From a virus: DNA of 64,000 nucleotides. The translations under genes and the position numbers were made by a program. The DNA lies in IMG/VR virus record IMGVR_UViG_3300021963_009993, positions 64,001 to 128,000 of that record; one strand, given 5' to 3'. Each line of letters begins with the position of its first letter. The stretch's first letter is position 1. The notes under the pieces are model-generated. The model ran no database searches. It was not told the origin of the DNA and was given only the letters and a program-made list of their open reading frames with translations. Shown here one piece after another: positions 29,043 to 40,900 of the stretch.

Positions 29043-32000
29043 ATGGCAATTAAAAATTATTACGATAATCCAAAAGTTACTGATGACATAGTTTTCAATC
29101 TGTTCACTCCAGATGCTGAAAACTGTTTTAATGCCAATCCAGTACAATTTGACAATATAAAAATATTTTTTATATCTAGAAATCTTAGTGGCAGTAAAAC
29201 AAATGAAAACCAAATAGACATTTATGACATAAAACTTCAGGAAGAATATTATAGACTCCAGCAACTTGCATGTAGTGTTCCAACGAATATCAATATTGCT
29301 AATGCACAAAAGGCAAAAGATGATTGGATGAATAGCACATTCAGAACTGACATGTATTACAGCGAGGCAACAGCTGTATTCAACATGGGTAGCTACGGAA
29401 GTCCTCTTTGGAGAAATGACTTGCCGTTTGTTCCAAATCCAATCGTAGTTCCAATCTCAGATCCAAATATTGATTTAGCTTTTGGATTGTTTCAATTCGT
29501 ATGGAAACCCAATGGGACTATTAGAGAAGGTGATTATTACATTTGCTATAGCTATACCCCAAGTTATGCAAAGGCATCTTTGACAAAATATTTGAGTTTT
29601 TATGTTCAAAGTAATATTGCAAATGATGTTGCAAATCCAGCACATATAACCAAGCCAGAAAAGTACCAAAAACTACTGCAATCGTATTTGCCAGAAATGT
29701 ATTCCACATCTTATACTACAGAAGATATATCTTATAATGTTTTAACAAAATTTAACAATTCTGTTGCTGGTGGTTTTACGACTATAGAAAATTATGCCAA
29801 CCAAATAATAGACATAGTTGATGCTAATGCTACACAAGAACCTTTGCTTAACTATGTGGCCAATCTTTTTGCACAAAAACTAAGATCAACTGATGTTACT
29901 TTGTGGAGAAAGCAAATCAAAAAAGCAGTTCCAAACATGAAAATGAAAGGAACTTTAAAAGGATTGGAAGAAGCTTTGATGGATGCTGGAATTAGATTGA
30001 TAAGATTCGACCAGCTTTGGCAGACAAGATCACAATACTTCTATACTGAAACATTTGTCTTCATAGATTCTTTGAATTTCCTTTTGACTAAAGTTTCTTT
30101 ACCAATAAACATATTATTTACAATACAAAAAAGATCTGCAACAGGTACTTATGAGGATCAGCCTTTAACAAATATAAACATCATCACGATTGATGCCGAA
30201 AGCATGCTTACATGGGTGGGACCAGCCTTGGTTCCCGGCGATGTAATAAAAATAAGTTATCAATTCAAAGAATATGAAAGTGATACTGCTGAAATACTTG
30301 ATTTGCACATACAAAGAGAATTGCCATTAGCTGATTTAAGAGATGATAGGTATTTTGAATATCCACCAAAAGATTGGAATACAAAGCTTATATCAAAAAA
30401 TGATGTGCTGTTTGATGCCATTATAGGTGTGCAGAATCCATATGTTCCATTTGTTAATTTTGGAATGATTAGAACACAGTTCCCATATTCAGAAAACATC
30501 TATAACATGGATGAATACAATGGTTCATTAAGAATGAGTCAATCTCCTAGTGATATTGACAAAAATTTCTTGGAGCCTTGCAGTAGTGGAATAAGTGCAT
30601 ATTACAGTCTCGATGTTGAAATCAACCAGCTTTCAAGATTCATACTTCAGGAATGTCAGGAAATAATAGCAGAATATACTCCATTCCATTCAATACTGCA
30701 CACATTCAATTTCAGCGGTTCATTTACGGAATTTGTGGTTTCTCCGGTTGAAACAATTGAATATTTCATCAGTTATTATCAAGAAGATTTCATGATTGCT
30801 GGCATGGCACAAATAGTATTCAATAGATTGATGCTCGGTGGCTTGCAACAAAATGCTGTTCGCAGAAATGAACTTGCAACATTAGATTCAAGCGTGACGA
30901 GTTCTTCAACAGCTTACAATGATGTCATTAGACTATTTGCTCCTTTGATTAACTTTAGTGGATTGAGCATCAATCCAAATCCAAACAAAACACTATTGGA
31001 AATATTACAGCCATCAGCATACTATGGGAATTATTATGTGTCTAATGTTTCTGGTAGTTATTTATCCATAGCACCATATGGAATAAATCCTGTATTTGAG
31101 CCTTTGCTGCAATCAGAATTTAATTTCAGAATATCAAACATACTTTTAGAAGCGACTAATTTCACAGTTGTAGATTATTATAAATATTATTTAACAGATT
31201 TAGATCCATCAATTACAGCCCAGTTTGAAATTTTAAACATAAGGACTGTTTGGGATGTAAACAATGGTTATTCACCAGTTGCTTGGAAAATAAGACTTGG
31301 ATCAAATGATTATTATATAACAAATATAAATAATGGGATAATAGAAATAGCTAATGATGGAACATTGACTCCAAACGAAATCAAGAACATAAGTTATCAA
31401 ATATTATTCCCAGATGACACAATAGCATTAAGTTCTGTGACTGGTGATTATTTCACGAAAAAATATGGACTTGTTATTATACCTTCATCATTACAAGTTG
31501 ATACTGTAAGGAATATTCTTGTTGGTGATGTTTACTTCTACCAAAATGGACAGCAATACAAATTTTATGAATTTGATGCTTATAATGATCAAGCATTTTT
31601 AATTGAAGGATGGACGCTGGGATCTTTGTCAGTCGAAGGCAAGGTATTAAACAGAGTTGTAAACAATGGTGTTGGCAGTTTGGTTTACGGTGGAATGAAA
31701 TTGTTGCGAAATTCAGCTATTCCTGTTTTCGATGATCCAGCTACAGCATTAGTTGATAATCAGAACTTCAAGGAAAACTATTTAATAACCATAAATGAAC
31801 AAACATATGCAATTATCGACCCACCATCTGGAGTCGATCCAAATTATGTTTATTTGTCTGGTAAATTTGTTGACTTCACAACTGTTGGAACAGCTGTTGA
31901 CTTTACAATTGATAGATATTTCAAAAATGATATAGTTGTTTTCAACACAGAACTGCGTGATGTAAACAGGGCTGGATCTGATATTTTTAAAACTTTAATA

Positions 32001-32165
32001 ACTACAGGAGGAACCGTGGGCGATACTCCAACTGTCACACCTTTTGCTTTTGCAAATGACAATAAAGATTCAGGTAGTCCAAAAGAAATATTAAAAACTT
32101 TTGAATCAGTTTCTTTCAAGATAGAATATAAAGATGGCACAACACAATCGGGAGAAATAAAATGA
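29043..32165 (+). CDS. Baseplate wedge/tail protein (gp7 / P2 gpI-like)
   Basis: Follows gp6; LLNYVANLF...WRKQIKKAV...KGTLKGLEEAL and YTPFHS motifs. Confidence 0.65.
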   Translation: MAIKNYYDNPKVTDDIVFNLFTPDAENCFNANPVQFDNIKIFFISRNLSGSKTNENQIDIYDIKLQEEYYRLQQLACSVPTNINIANAQKAKDDWMNSTFRTDMYYSEATAVFNMGSYGSPLWRNDLPFVPNPIVVPISDPNIDLAFGLFQFVWKPNGTIREGDYYICYSYTPSYAKASLTKYLSFYVQSNIANDVANPAHITKPEKYQKLLQSYLPEMYSTSYTTEDISYNVLTKFNNSVAGGFTTIENYANQIIDIVDANATQEPLLNYVANLFAQKLRSTDVTLWRKQIKKAVPNMKMKGTLKGLEEALMDAGIRLIRFDQLWQTRSQYFYTETFVFIDSLNFLLTKVSLPINILFTIQKRSATGTYEDQPLTNINIITIDAESMLTWVGPALVPGDVIKISYQFKEYESDTAEILDLHIQRELPLADLRDDRYFEYPPKDWNTKLISKNDVLFDAIIGVQNPYVPFVNFGMIRTQFPYSENIYNMDEYNGSLRMSQSPSDIDKNFLEPCSSGISAYYSLDVEINQLSRFILQECQEIIAEYTPFHSILHTFNFSGSFTEFVVSPVETIEYFISYYQEDFMIAGMAQIVFNRLMLGGLQQNAVRRNELATLDSSVTSSSTAYNDVIRLFAPLINFSGLSINPNPNKTLLEILQPSAYYGNYYVSNVSGSYLSIAPYGINPVFEPLLQSEFNFRISNILLEATNFTVVDYYKYYLTDLDPSITAQFEILNIRTVWDVNNGYSPVAWKIRLGSNDYYITNINNGIIEIANDGTLTPNEIKNISYQILFPDDTIALSSVTGDYFTKKYGLVIIPSSLQVDTVRNILVGDVYFYQNGQQYKFYEFDAYNDQAFLIEGWTLGSLSVEGKVLNRVVNNGVGSLVYGGMKLLRNSAIPVFDDPATALVDNQNFKENYLITINEQTYAIIDPPSGVDPNYVYLSGKFVDFTTVGTAVDFTIDRYFKNDIVVFNTELRDVNRAGSDIFKTLITTGGTVGDTPTVTPFAFANDNKDSGSPKEILKTFESVSFKIEYKDGTTQSGEIK

Positions 32166-32635
32166 CAGAATCAAACTTGAAATGCATTGGAAGCATAAAG
32201 GCAACTGTTGAACATAAAGATGGAAGGATTGAAGTTTTTGAAAGAAAAAATACCGTTTTGTATTTGGGCAGGGTTGCTATTGCAAAAATGTTAGTAAACT
32301 TTAATGGAGATGGTAGTGGTTATTTCGTGAATCGTTGGATTTTTGGAAATGGTGGAACTGATTCTGGAAAGACAAAGTTAGTAAACCCCGATATGAATGC
32401 GTTGTTTGGAGCTACTGTTGCAACCAAACCTGTAATTTCAACAATAGATCAACCAAATTCAAGTCAGGCTATTTTCACATCTGTGTTGGCATATGCCGAT
32501 GCAAATGGTTATGCAATTAATGAAATGGCACTTGTTTTAAATAATGGTGATCTTTACAGCATGGTCACATTTCCAGATTTGAATAAAACTGAAAATATAC
32601 AGATTACATTTAACTGGTATGTTAATTTGATTTAA
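32162..32635 (+). CDS. Baseplate/tail fibre attachment protein
   Basis: KNTVLYLGR...FGNGG...FTSVL...ANGYAINEMALV...LYSMVTFP pattern of fibre-proximal modules. Confidence 0.6.
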   Translation: MTESNLKCIGSIKATVEHKDGRIEVFERKNTVLYLGRVAIAKMLVNFNGDGSGYFVNRWIFGNGGTDSGKTKLVNPDMNALFGATVATKPVISTIDQPNSSQAIFTSVLAYADANGYAINEMALVLNNGDLYSMVTFPDLNKTENIQITFNWYVNLI

Positions 32636-32662
32636 TATTAAAAAAGAAAGTGTAAATACAAT

Positions 32663-33445
32663 ATGCCTAACTTAGATCTAATACCAGTACCTCAATACGA
32701 TCCAAATCAACCATATTTTTGGACTTATGACAATTTGCCACTTGCTGCATTGGCTCAAAGAGATGTGGCAATAAACAATGCTGTCAATTACAATACTGAA
32801 ATACTTGCTCAGTCGATAGGTACTGCCGGGACTCTTGCAGCAAGATTGTCACAATCATTGCAAGATAATGGTGATTTGAAAGCAGAAGCGGTTGATAAAT
32901 CTTTGCATAATATTGGATACCATGAGGATGGGGTTTACGAGGGTGTTGACTATGTAAGAATGAAGTTAGAGGAAAGACAGAAACTTGAACTCATACAACC
33001 AGAAGCAAAAAATCTTCAATTGGCTTTTACCGGCATATCAGATATTGTTTATATAAATTCAGGAGTTGGTTTTTTTGAGCCATCTGATACAGTCACATGG
33101 ACTGTTGAAGCTGACCAAAAAATACAAGCTCATGTTACTGTTGGACTTACAAATGCACATAGGCATTATGACAATATAATTCCCCAACCAACAGCGACTT
33201 CGCCAGATTATAAAAACTATATTACTGGACTAGCATCAGCCTATGCTTCTGGTTCTCTTAAAGTTTTTGTAAATGGAATAAGATTATCTCCAGATTTTAC
33301 AGTTTATGTTCCTTCAAGATCTGCAAATCCAACATGGACTTTGAACAAATTCGTTGAAACACCAAATAAAAAAGGTTTTGTTTTACAGAATGCAATTACT
33401 GCTGATGATATAATTTTGATTGATTTTGAAGTACCTTTGGGTTAA
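32663..33445 (+). CDS. Putative virion structural protein
   Basis: In the baseplate operon; C-terminal SLKVFVNGIRL...DDIILIDF beta-domain. Confidence 0.6.
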   Translation: MPNLDLIPVPQYDPNQPYFWTYDNLPLAALAQRDVAINNAVNYNTEILAQSIGTAGTLAARLSQSLQDNGDLKAEAVDKSLHNIGYHEDGVYEGVDYVRMKLEERQKLELIQPEAKNLQLAFTGISDIVYINSGVGFFEPSDTVTWTVEADQKIQAHVTVGLTNAHRHYDNIIPQPTATSPDYKNYITGLASAYASGSLKVFVNGIRLSPDFTVYVPSRSANPTWTLNKFVETPNKKGFVLQNAITADDIILIDFEVPLG

Positions 33446-33477
33446 GATATATTTTTAAAAACCCAAGGATCACAAAA

Positions 33478-33993
33478 ATGCCATATGAAAATAAAAAGAT
33501 GGACATGACCGTTGTCATTTTCTCTTTAGACGGCGATGTTTATAAGATAAAAAAATCTATAACATCTACAGGAGAACTTTGTGGCAATTATGATATTTTA
33601 ATATCTAGCATTTCAAAGATTCAAAATATTGGATATGAAACTATTCAATTTGAAAACAATTCTATTTCTGATTTGATTGATACATCCATGAAAAAAATAA
33701 AGACCAAGTGGGCTTATTTTTTGCAAGCTGGTAGTGTGGTTTGCAAGGGAGTTGACAAGAAATTGTCAAGGCATATTTCGAGCGAGAAAGATGTCTTGTA
33801 TCCTGTTTATAACAGAATATGGGATTTTGTTGACAGTTCAATAAACGGATTACTTTTAAGCAAATCACTTTATGAAGAAGTGGGTGAATTCAAGGAAGAA
33901 ATTGATCCGAAATTTACTAAGTTAATGTGGGCTGGAAAAGCTTTGGAAAAAGGATGCAGATTTAAAGCCGTAGTCGGCACAAGAAACATATAG
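33478..33993 (+). CDS. Degenerate GT2 (GT-A)-like protein
   Basis: TVVIF, KWAYFLQAG (DxD position altered), GLLLSKSLYEEVGEF, WAGKALEKGCRF. Confidence 0.45.
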   Translation: MPYENKKMDMTVVIFSLDGDVYKIKKSITSTGELCGNYDILISSISKIQNIGYETIQFENNSISDLIDTSMKKIKTKWAYFLQAGSVVCKGVDKKLSRHISSEKDVLYPVYNRIWDFVDSSINGLLLSKSLYEEVGEFKEEIDPKFTKLMWAGKALEKGCRFKAVVGTRNI

Positions 33994-34000
33994 GTGGTTA

Positions 34001-34648
34001 ATGGAAAATTTAAGAAACGAAATTTTTGAAATAGCAGAAAAATATGCTCTTCCATCTAGGCACACAGATTTCCAAATAGAACAATTTATAATTGGCAAAG
34101 AGACATCAATATACGGCAAGTTTTGGCAATGCATAAGAGAAATAACCACGAGAAGAGACACGATTTTAAACTATGAAAGAGAACTCATTGAAATAGATGA
34201 TAATTTAGAAATTGAAAAAATAAATTTGCAATTGATGGAAAACAAGAATTGTTTCAGCAAAAATATCAACATACAAGAACTAAAGAAGAAAAAACTAGGT
34301 ATTTTAATCTCCAGACAAAATAGAAAGATTTCAAAAATAGAAGATAATAAGAAAATAATAATAAATAGAATTAGCGATACTTTGTCTGAAACGAAGAAGT
34401 TTATTGAAATTTTCAATAGATTGTTGAGTACTTGCGAATACAAAGATATCAACGATCATGAAGCCCAAATGGAATATTGGAATAAGAAATTTGGTATGGA
34501 ACTGAATTTGGGAGCTATGTTTGGTCAGCCAGCAAATTTAGAACTTATAAAATCAGTTCTTGCTCTACCAGATAACTCACCAGTTCAAAAACAGATGCAA
34601 AAAGTATTGGAAAATATAAGTAAAAAAATGATAGGCACAAACACTTAA
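34001..34648 (+). CDS. Coiled-coil hypothetical phage protein
   Basis: RHTDFQIEQFIIG...FWQCIREI followed by long heptads. Confidence 0.7.
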   Translation: MENLRNEIFEIAEKYALPSRHTDFQIEQFIIGKETSIYGKFWQCIREITTRRDTILNYERELIEIDDNLEIEKINLQLMENKNCFSKNINIQELKKKKLGILISRQNRKISKIEDNKKIIINRISDTLSETKKFIEIFNRLLSTCEYKDINDHEAQMEYWNKKFGMELNLGAMFGQPANLELIKSVLALPDNSPVQKQMQKVLENISKKMIGTNT

Positions 34649-34655
34649 TAATAAC

Positions 34656-35684
34656 ATGGCAAATCCAAAATTAACTAGTTACGATTTGGGATATCAGTCT
34701 GGCGATTTAAGCATCTTTCCCTTAGCTATAGACAGTTTCGTAAATTTATACGAAGCAGCTAATTCGGCAGAAACAAAAACTACCCAAACTGTTGTTTTTA
34801 CTTCTGACACCATAGTCGTTGAAGATACATCTGCTTTCCCAGAGCAGGGTGTGATACGAATGGTTTTGCCAAATTACACCGGATTATCGTATGAGTTGAT
34901 TTATTATTACAAGAAAACAACAAATAGCTTTCAAGAATTACTAAGAGGATTCTGCAACACAAAACAATCTCCTTGGCCAATAGGAACACTTGTTCAAGGA
35001 AGCGTAATTGCAGAACATCATAACGCAATTAAAGATGCAATTCTGCAAATAGAAAACAAGGTAGGAATCGAAACAGAAACATCAACATCAACAATTCAAG
35101 GATTGGTCACAGCACAAGAATCTAGATTTTACTCACCCAGACCACAATTTAAAGCCTATCCTACAAAAGCTTATCTTGGAACACCCATAAGATTTCAGAA
35201 TTTTTCAAATTCAATAACTACCAGATATTTTTGGGATTTTGGTGATGGCAACACATCTTTGCAAAAAAATCCAGTACACACATATAGAACAGAAGGAAAA
35301 TATACTGTAGAACTCAGAATAATAACAGAATTGGGTGGACAAGGAATATTGACAAAACAAAATTACATAACAATATCAAATGATTATATAGAGCCATTTT
35401 TTTATGCAACACCAACAGTAGGAAGAAGTAGACAATATGCAACTGCGAACTCAACAACGCCTACAACATTCACTTTTGTAGATCAAACGAAAGCTGAAAT
35501 TGTCTCACGAATATGGCAATTTGATGACGGAACAAACTTGTCTGTAGATGACCCTGACATACACACAGCTACCCACATTTACCAAAAGCCAAAAGAAGGT
35601 GGTTATAAGCCAAGTTTAATTATTACCTTGGCAAGTGGTCAAGTATACAGAACAGTAATTTATGATTCAATTACGGTGATTTAA
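34656..35684 (+). CDS. PKD-domain virion appendage protein 1
   Basis: YFWDFGDGNTS...NPVHTY...GKYTVEL and a second PKD-like IWQFDDG; AEHHN anchor module. Confidence 0.8.
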   Translation: MANPKLTSYDLGYQSGDLSIFPLAIDSFVNLYEAANSAETKTTQTVVFTSDTIVVEDTSAFPEQGVIRMVLPNYTGLSYELIYYYKKTTNSFQELLRGFCNTKQSPWPIGTLVQGSVIAEHHNAIKDAILQIENKVGIETETSTSTIQGLVTAQESRFYSPRPQFKAYPTKAYLGTPIRFQNFSNSITTRYFWDFGDGNTSLQKNPVHTYRTEGKYTVELRIITELGGQGILTKQNYITISNDYIEPFFYATPTVGRSRQYATANSTTPTTFTFVDQTKAEIVSRIWQFDDGTNLSVDDPDIHTATHIYQKPKEGGYKPSLIITLASGQVYRTVIYDSITVI

Positions 35685-37930
35685 TGGCAATACCATCAGT
35701 TTTATATCCACAAAATTACGATGCAGATAATACACTTTATGCAGTAAAAGATTCAGCATATCTTCAACTAGCACAAGATTATAATCCTGGTGATAGATTC
35801 ATTTACTTCAATCCAGATGATGAAAAAGCTGCTTTGTTTCCACCATCTGGAATCATAACACTTGTAGAACAATGTTCAGATCCAAATTTAAGAGCAACAT
35901 CATATTTTTATGCAAATAGAACCAGTCAATTTTTTTATGATTTAACTATTTTGGATGGATTTACAGATACCTATAAACCCAGCAAAGTTACAAATATTGT
36001 CATGAATGTCATGGCAGAACATCATAATAACATCAAAGATGCTTTGATTAATATTCAACAAGTAGTAGGCTTGCAAGATGATGAAGAACCAGTAAATCCA
36101 AATGAAGGTAATTTGGTACAGAGAATAAAATATTTAAAAAAAGTTGCTTATACTCCAATTGCATGGTTTGTTGCCGATAAAAATATTGGTTTGGTTCCGT
36201 TGAAAGTCAATTTCACAAGCCAAAGTGTTAGATTGGGAGAAAGTATAAAAGACAATAACATTGAATATCTTTGGGATTTTGGTGATGGCACCACAAGCAC
36301 ACAGGGGCCAACTGTTTCCAAGACATATACAGAATCTGGTATTTACTCTGTTTCTCTTACTGTAAGAAATAAATATGGTGAAGATACTTTTGAATTGATT
36401 GATTTTGTTGATGTTAAATTCACAGCACCTGAAGTCGCAGTATTAAATATAATACCGTCAACTTATCAAAATGTAATAAATGGTCAGTTTAAAACACCAA
36501 TAAACATGAATATAAGTCTTCTAATTCCAAGTGGTGAAAATCCCAATAATCTTGGTTATTCTTATTCGGGTGAAAAACTAGATCCATCAAATTTCAACAA
36601 TCCTTTTGATCCCATAACGACATACACATGGTCATTAGCGGATGATTATTTCCATGCCGACAGCATGTCAACACAGGCCATCTACAGTCGTGGAGGATTG
36701 TATCAACCTGTCTTAAGAGTAGATACAGAATCTGAAGCATATAGAATTACTAAATTTACCAGTATGTTAGTCGGCAGAATACCATCAACAGTTACAACCA
36801 CTTCAGGTTATTTAAATGTTGTTGAAAGAACTAATGCATGGTTGTTTACATTTGTTCCATGTATTCCCAACACACCCTGCACAACACAAGTTCGTGCAAA
36901 TGAAATGGGTTTTATAAGCGAAACATTCAAAACTCAAAATGTTTATTATCCTGTTTCCAGAAATCCCGGCTACATCATTTCCACTCAAACAAATATTCCA
37001 AAACAACTACAAGAATTCAATAGAAATACAGCTTTTACACCAAAAACATCGGTTTTATCTGGACTAGGTGGTGAGGCTGCAATTTATTGGGCTTCCGGCA
37101 GAGGGGTGTTAGATCCAATATCTTTGGAAACGATTAATGCCGTAAATTTCAATGCCTTTGAGGAAACTTACGCAAATATAACTGGCACCACAAGACCTTG
37201 GAACTGGACATCATTTGCTTATCAAAATAAGACATATTTTATTTTCGGAAATCCCACTAGCCCACAACCTCCCGGTTTATCACTTACAAACTTAAACCTT
37301 GCCATACATAATCCTTTAGATTTGACATGGAATAATACTAGGACATTTACATCAACCAGTTTTATTGGTTCTGCTAGTGAGCTTACTTACAATGCAGCAG
37401 TATATGACAATACTGGTAAAAACCTTTGGGGAAATTTTAGTACCTATAGAACTACAATTAGAAATGAAAATGCTTATATTTTAAAAAATACAGAAGCTGG
37501 AGATAATTTTTCCATAAAATCATTCTATAGAAGTGTAAGTGATGGAGTAAATCTCATAGGAACTTTTGAGAAATTACTGGATATTGCTGGACCAAAAAAA
37601 CTTGAAGGAATACTTCTAAATCTCAAAGATGGAATATTTTTCTTTAACAACACAGGATCTGTTTCCCAATATGACACAAATACTGCAACTTGGAAAGTGG
37701 GAGGTCCGGGTCAAAATTCTGTGACATTTAATGATTTGCAAGATACTAATGTTTTAAATTATGCCAACGAGGAAAACACTTTGGTTGGAACAACAAATAA
37801 TGACTACAATGCATATCTCAGTTATGACTATAGCAATAATGCTTATTTGAAATTTAATGCAATAGATTTGACATTTTCAAAACTTGATTCCAGACCATCT
37901 GGAGAACAATGGATTTTTGGTAACTATTAA
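35684..37930 (+). CDS. PKD-domain virion appendage protein 2
   Basis: YLWDFGDGTTS...KTYTESGIYSVSL; AEHHN anchor module; C-terminal beta-rich domain. Confidence 0.8.
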   Translation: MAIPSVLYPQNYDADNTLYAVKDSAYLQLAQDYNPGDRFIYFNPDDEKAALFPPSGIITLVEQCSDPNLRATSYFYANRTSQFFYDLTILDGFTDTYKPSKVTNIVMNVMAEHHNNIKDALINIQQVVGLQDDEEPVNPNEGNLVQRIKYLKKVAYTPIAWFVADKNIGLVPLKVNFTSQSVRLGESIKDNNIEYLWDFGDGTTSTQGPTVSKTYTESGIYSVSLTVRNKYGEDTFELIDFVDVKFTAPEVAVLNIIPSTYQNVINGQFKTPINMNISLLIPSGENPNNLGYSYSGEKLDPSNFNNPFDPITTYTWSLADDYFHADSMSTQAIYSRGGLYQPVLRVDTESEAYRITKFTSMLVGRIPSTVTTTSGYLNVVERTNAWLFTFVPCIPNTPCTTQVRANEMGFISETFKTQNVYYPVSRNPGYIISTQTNIPKQLQEFNRNTAFTPKTSVLSGLGGEAAIYWASGRGVLDPISLETINAVNFNAFEETYANITGTTRPWNWTSFAYQNKTYFIFGNPTSPQPPGLSLTNLNLAIHNPLDLTWNNTRTFTSTSFIGSASELTYNAAVYDNTGKNLWGNFSTYRTTIRNENAYILKNTEAGDNFSIKSFYRSVSDGVNLIGTFEKLLDIAGPKKLEGILLNLKDGIFFFNNTGSVSQYDTNTATWKVGGPGQNSVTFNDLQDTNVLNYANEENTLVGTTNNDYNAYLSYDYSNNAYLKFNAIDLTFSKLDSRPSGEQWIFGNY

Positions 37931-37960
37931 TAAATATAAGGAATAAGAGAAGGAAAGAAT

Positions 37961-40900
37961 TTGGCTAATATTTTCCCATCACAATCTGTTTATCCAAGAC
38001 AGTACGACAGCGACAGAACCTTGTATAAGGTTTTCAACACCGCTGAAACCGTATTGTCTGAGGATTTAAAAGCATGGGCAACAGAAATTAGCATAGTTCC
38101 AGTTGCCGATGACAAAATGGATTTGTGGGATGATAATGGATTTGCCAACATCAGCGGAGAATTAATTTATTACGACAATGTTGTAAGAAATTACTATGGC
38201 AAAGCTGTAAAATTAATAAATTGTATCAGGAATCAAGGTGGCAAACCACCACAATTCAATAGTGCAGGTACTGATGTAAGAGGATTTGTAATAGCCGAAC
38301 ATCACAACCAACTTGCGAGAGCTATTGTCAACACGGAAAGATTTATTGCTTCCTTGGATCTTGAACTCCAAAGCTTGGCAAATTTGCAACTTACAAGTGA
38401 TGATTTTGGTGTTCCAGAAATAGATTTCACATATAGGGTTGTTAATGAAAATCCGAATGTTGGCACAACAATAAATTATAATTTAAATGTTAATACCCCA
38501 CAACCTTCTCCAACCCCGACACCGACACCCGGAACACCTACTCCAACCCCGACACCGACACCCGGAACTGGACCCGGAATAAACTTCAATATTGATTTTG
38601 GTGATGGAACCAATAACTCGACAGATCAAACAGGCTCGCATCTTTATACACCAAACAATACAGTTGACCCGAGTGTAACTGTTACTGGGCCAGGTTTCAT
38701 ATCTACACAGAGTGGCCCAGTAAGAATAGCACCAAGTCAACCAGCACAAGTTCCAGTTGTCGCCAATCCAGCATTGCCACAATGTGTTATTCCAGCAATA
38801 CCTGCTTTCCCAGACTATCAAGTAAATGTTCCAAACCTTACACCAGAACAACTACAATTCCCGCCGATAGTTTTTCCAGCCTTGGATATTGGGCCTTTTG
38901 GTCCTATTGTAATTCCATCAGAAATAAAAATTACCCCTCCATTTAATATTCCAAGCACAATATCATTCAAAGATATACCCAACCTTCCTTCCACAATTGA
39001 TATACAAATACCTGGAATTACAGTACCCGATGCCAATGGCAACTATATAGTACCTCCACAGTTCTTGCCAAACGGTTCACCTAATCCAGCGTATAATTCA
39101 AATACTGGGCCTTTTGGCATACCGAAAACAATAACAATCAACCCAGCAAGCATTAACATAAATCCAGCTTCAGTAAACATAAATGTCGATGTTAATAAAA
39201 CTGATAAGCAATGTTTCTTATGTTCAGATCCAGCAGTATGGCCACAAAGTAGTACAAATTTAGTAGCAAATCAATATCCTTTGCCAGTAAATGGAAGATG
39301 CATAGTTTGTGGTTCAGACGGCTCATTGGTAGGCAAACTTGGTACAAGCGATGTTTATTTGGATCAACTGGGTGACGATCAAGGCAATATCACAAGTCTT
39401 ACAGTAACAGTAAGTAATATTCAACTACCAGCAGGCAAGAGTTACGGTAGTCTTAGAATGTTATTAGTTAGCCCCAAAGGACAATCATGTTTGTTGATGG
39501 GTGGTTTTACAACAACTACTACCACAACAAGCACAACACCAAGACCAACAACTACAACCAGACGACCAAGCACAACTCCAGTTCCAGCAACTACGCCAAG
39601 ACCAACAACAACTACGCTACCTCCTTTAGCTGAAGTGCTTGATTCTATATCAGCAGCAGTAACAGGAACTCCTTGCCCTACAGCCACAACGCAAAACAAT
39701 ACTGGAAATGCAGAAACAACAGACACATCTTGCTATATTACGAATACAATACAAGAAGCAACACCAATACAAATAAGTTTTGATCCTGAAATATTTGTTA
39801 CTGGGCCTGTTTACTCTTTGGATTTATATTTGCTGAATCAAAGTGGACGAGTTCTAAACAATATCACATTGAGTTTTAGCACAGATGGCACAAGATTTTT
39901 TGATATCAATCAAGTAACTACTGGCTGGCAAAATAACTCATACAAAGCTGTAAGATTTTCTTTGGCAGCTGCAAACTTCACACCAATCAGAAATGCTGTA
40001 AATACATTTTACATCAAGAATTCTAGAAGCCTTCCGTTGCCCGGACAATCTCCAACACCAAATAGATTAGGTGCTGTAAAAGTGAGTGTTGCTGGGCTTC
40101 AGGGAGAAATTGCAAATCCAACGAAAATATGGCAAGGTCTTGGAAATTCAGCAGAAGGTGATACTCTTAAAAACTACATGTTGTATAGGGTTATTACCAG
40201 ATATTATCAAGCTAATCCAACAACAACCACCACCACAACTACAACTACTACCACCACCACAACTACTTCTACCACAAGTACTTCCACAAGCACGACAAGA
40301 CCACCCGATTTTCCAACAAATACAACAATAACATTCTCGGATACTGCACCAACAGACATTTACACAGGAAACGCCATATTATTTGCTGGGTCTGGTATGT
40401 ATAAACCGAGCCCCAACGGTAGACAATCTGTTGCACTTCCTATTGGTGCTGGGATTCCTTCTGCACCATATGGCACTAGTTTATCAGTTTTTTATGGTGA
40501 ACAGGTGGATGGTTATACACCACCAGCACCAACACCAGGAACATCAACAAGTTCAACCACATCTACAACACCATCTCCTTCACAAAGATGGAGATTGTAC
40601 ATAGCAATTGATGATGCTACACTAAATGGAAGTCTTACACGATTTTGTATAAAAGCCAGCGTTACTACTTCTTCAAGTTGCTCAGGTGCGCTTCCTTTTT
40701 CAGGATCAACAACCTCTACAACTACAACTACAACTACAACTCCCACTCCCACTCCCACAACATCAACAACACCACCTACACCCACACCTACACCCACACC
40801 CACACCATCGCCCACACCCACACCAGTACCAACACCCACACCAGTACCAACACCCACACCAGTACCAACACCAGTACCAACACCAACACCAACACCTACA

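Noticed and set aside
22437-32635. Bacterial contractile injection system (eCIS/T6SS) instead of a phage
   Set aside because: Terminase, portal, gp2, primase and a very long tape measure are on the same segment
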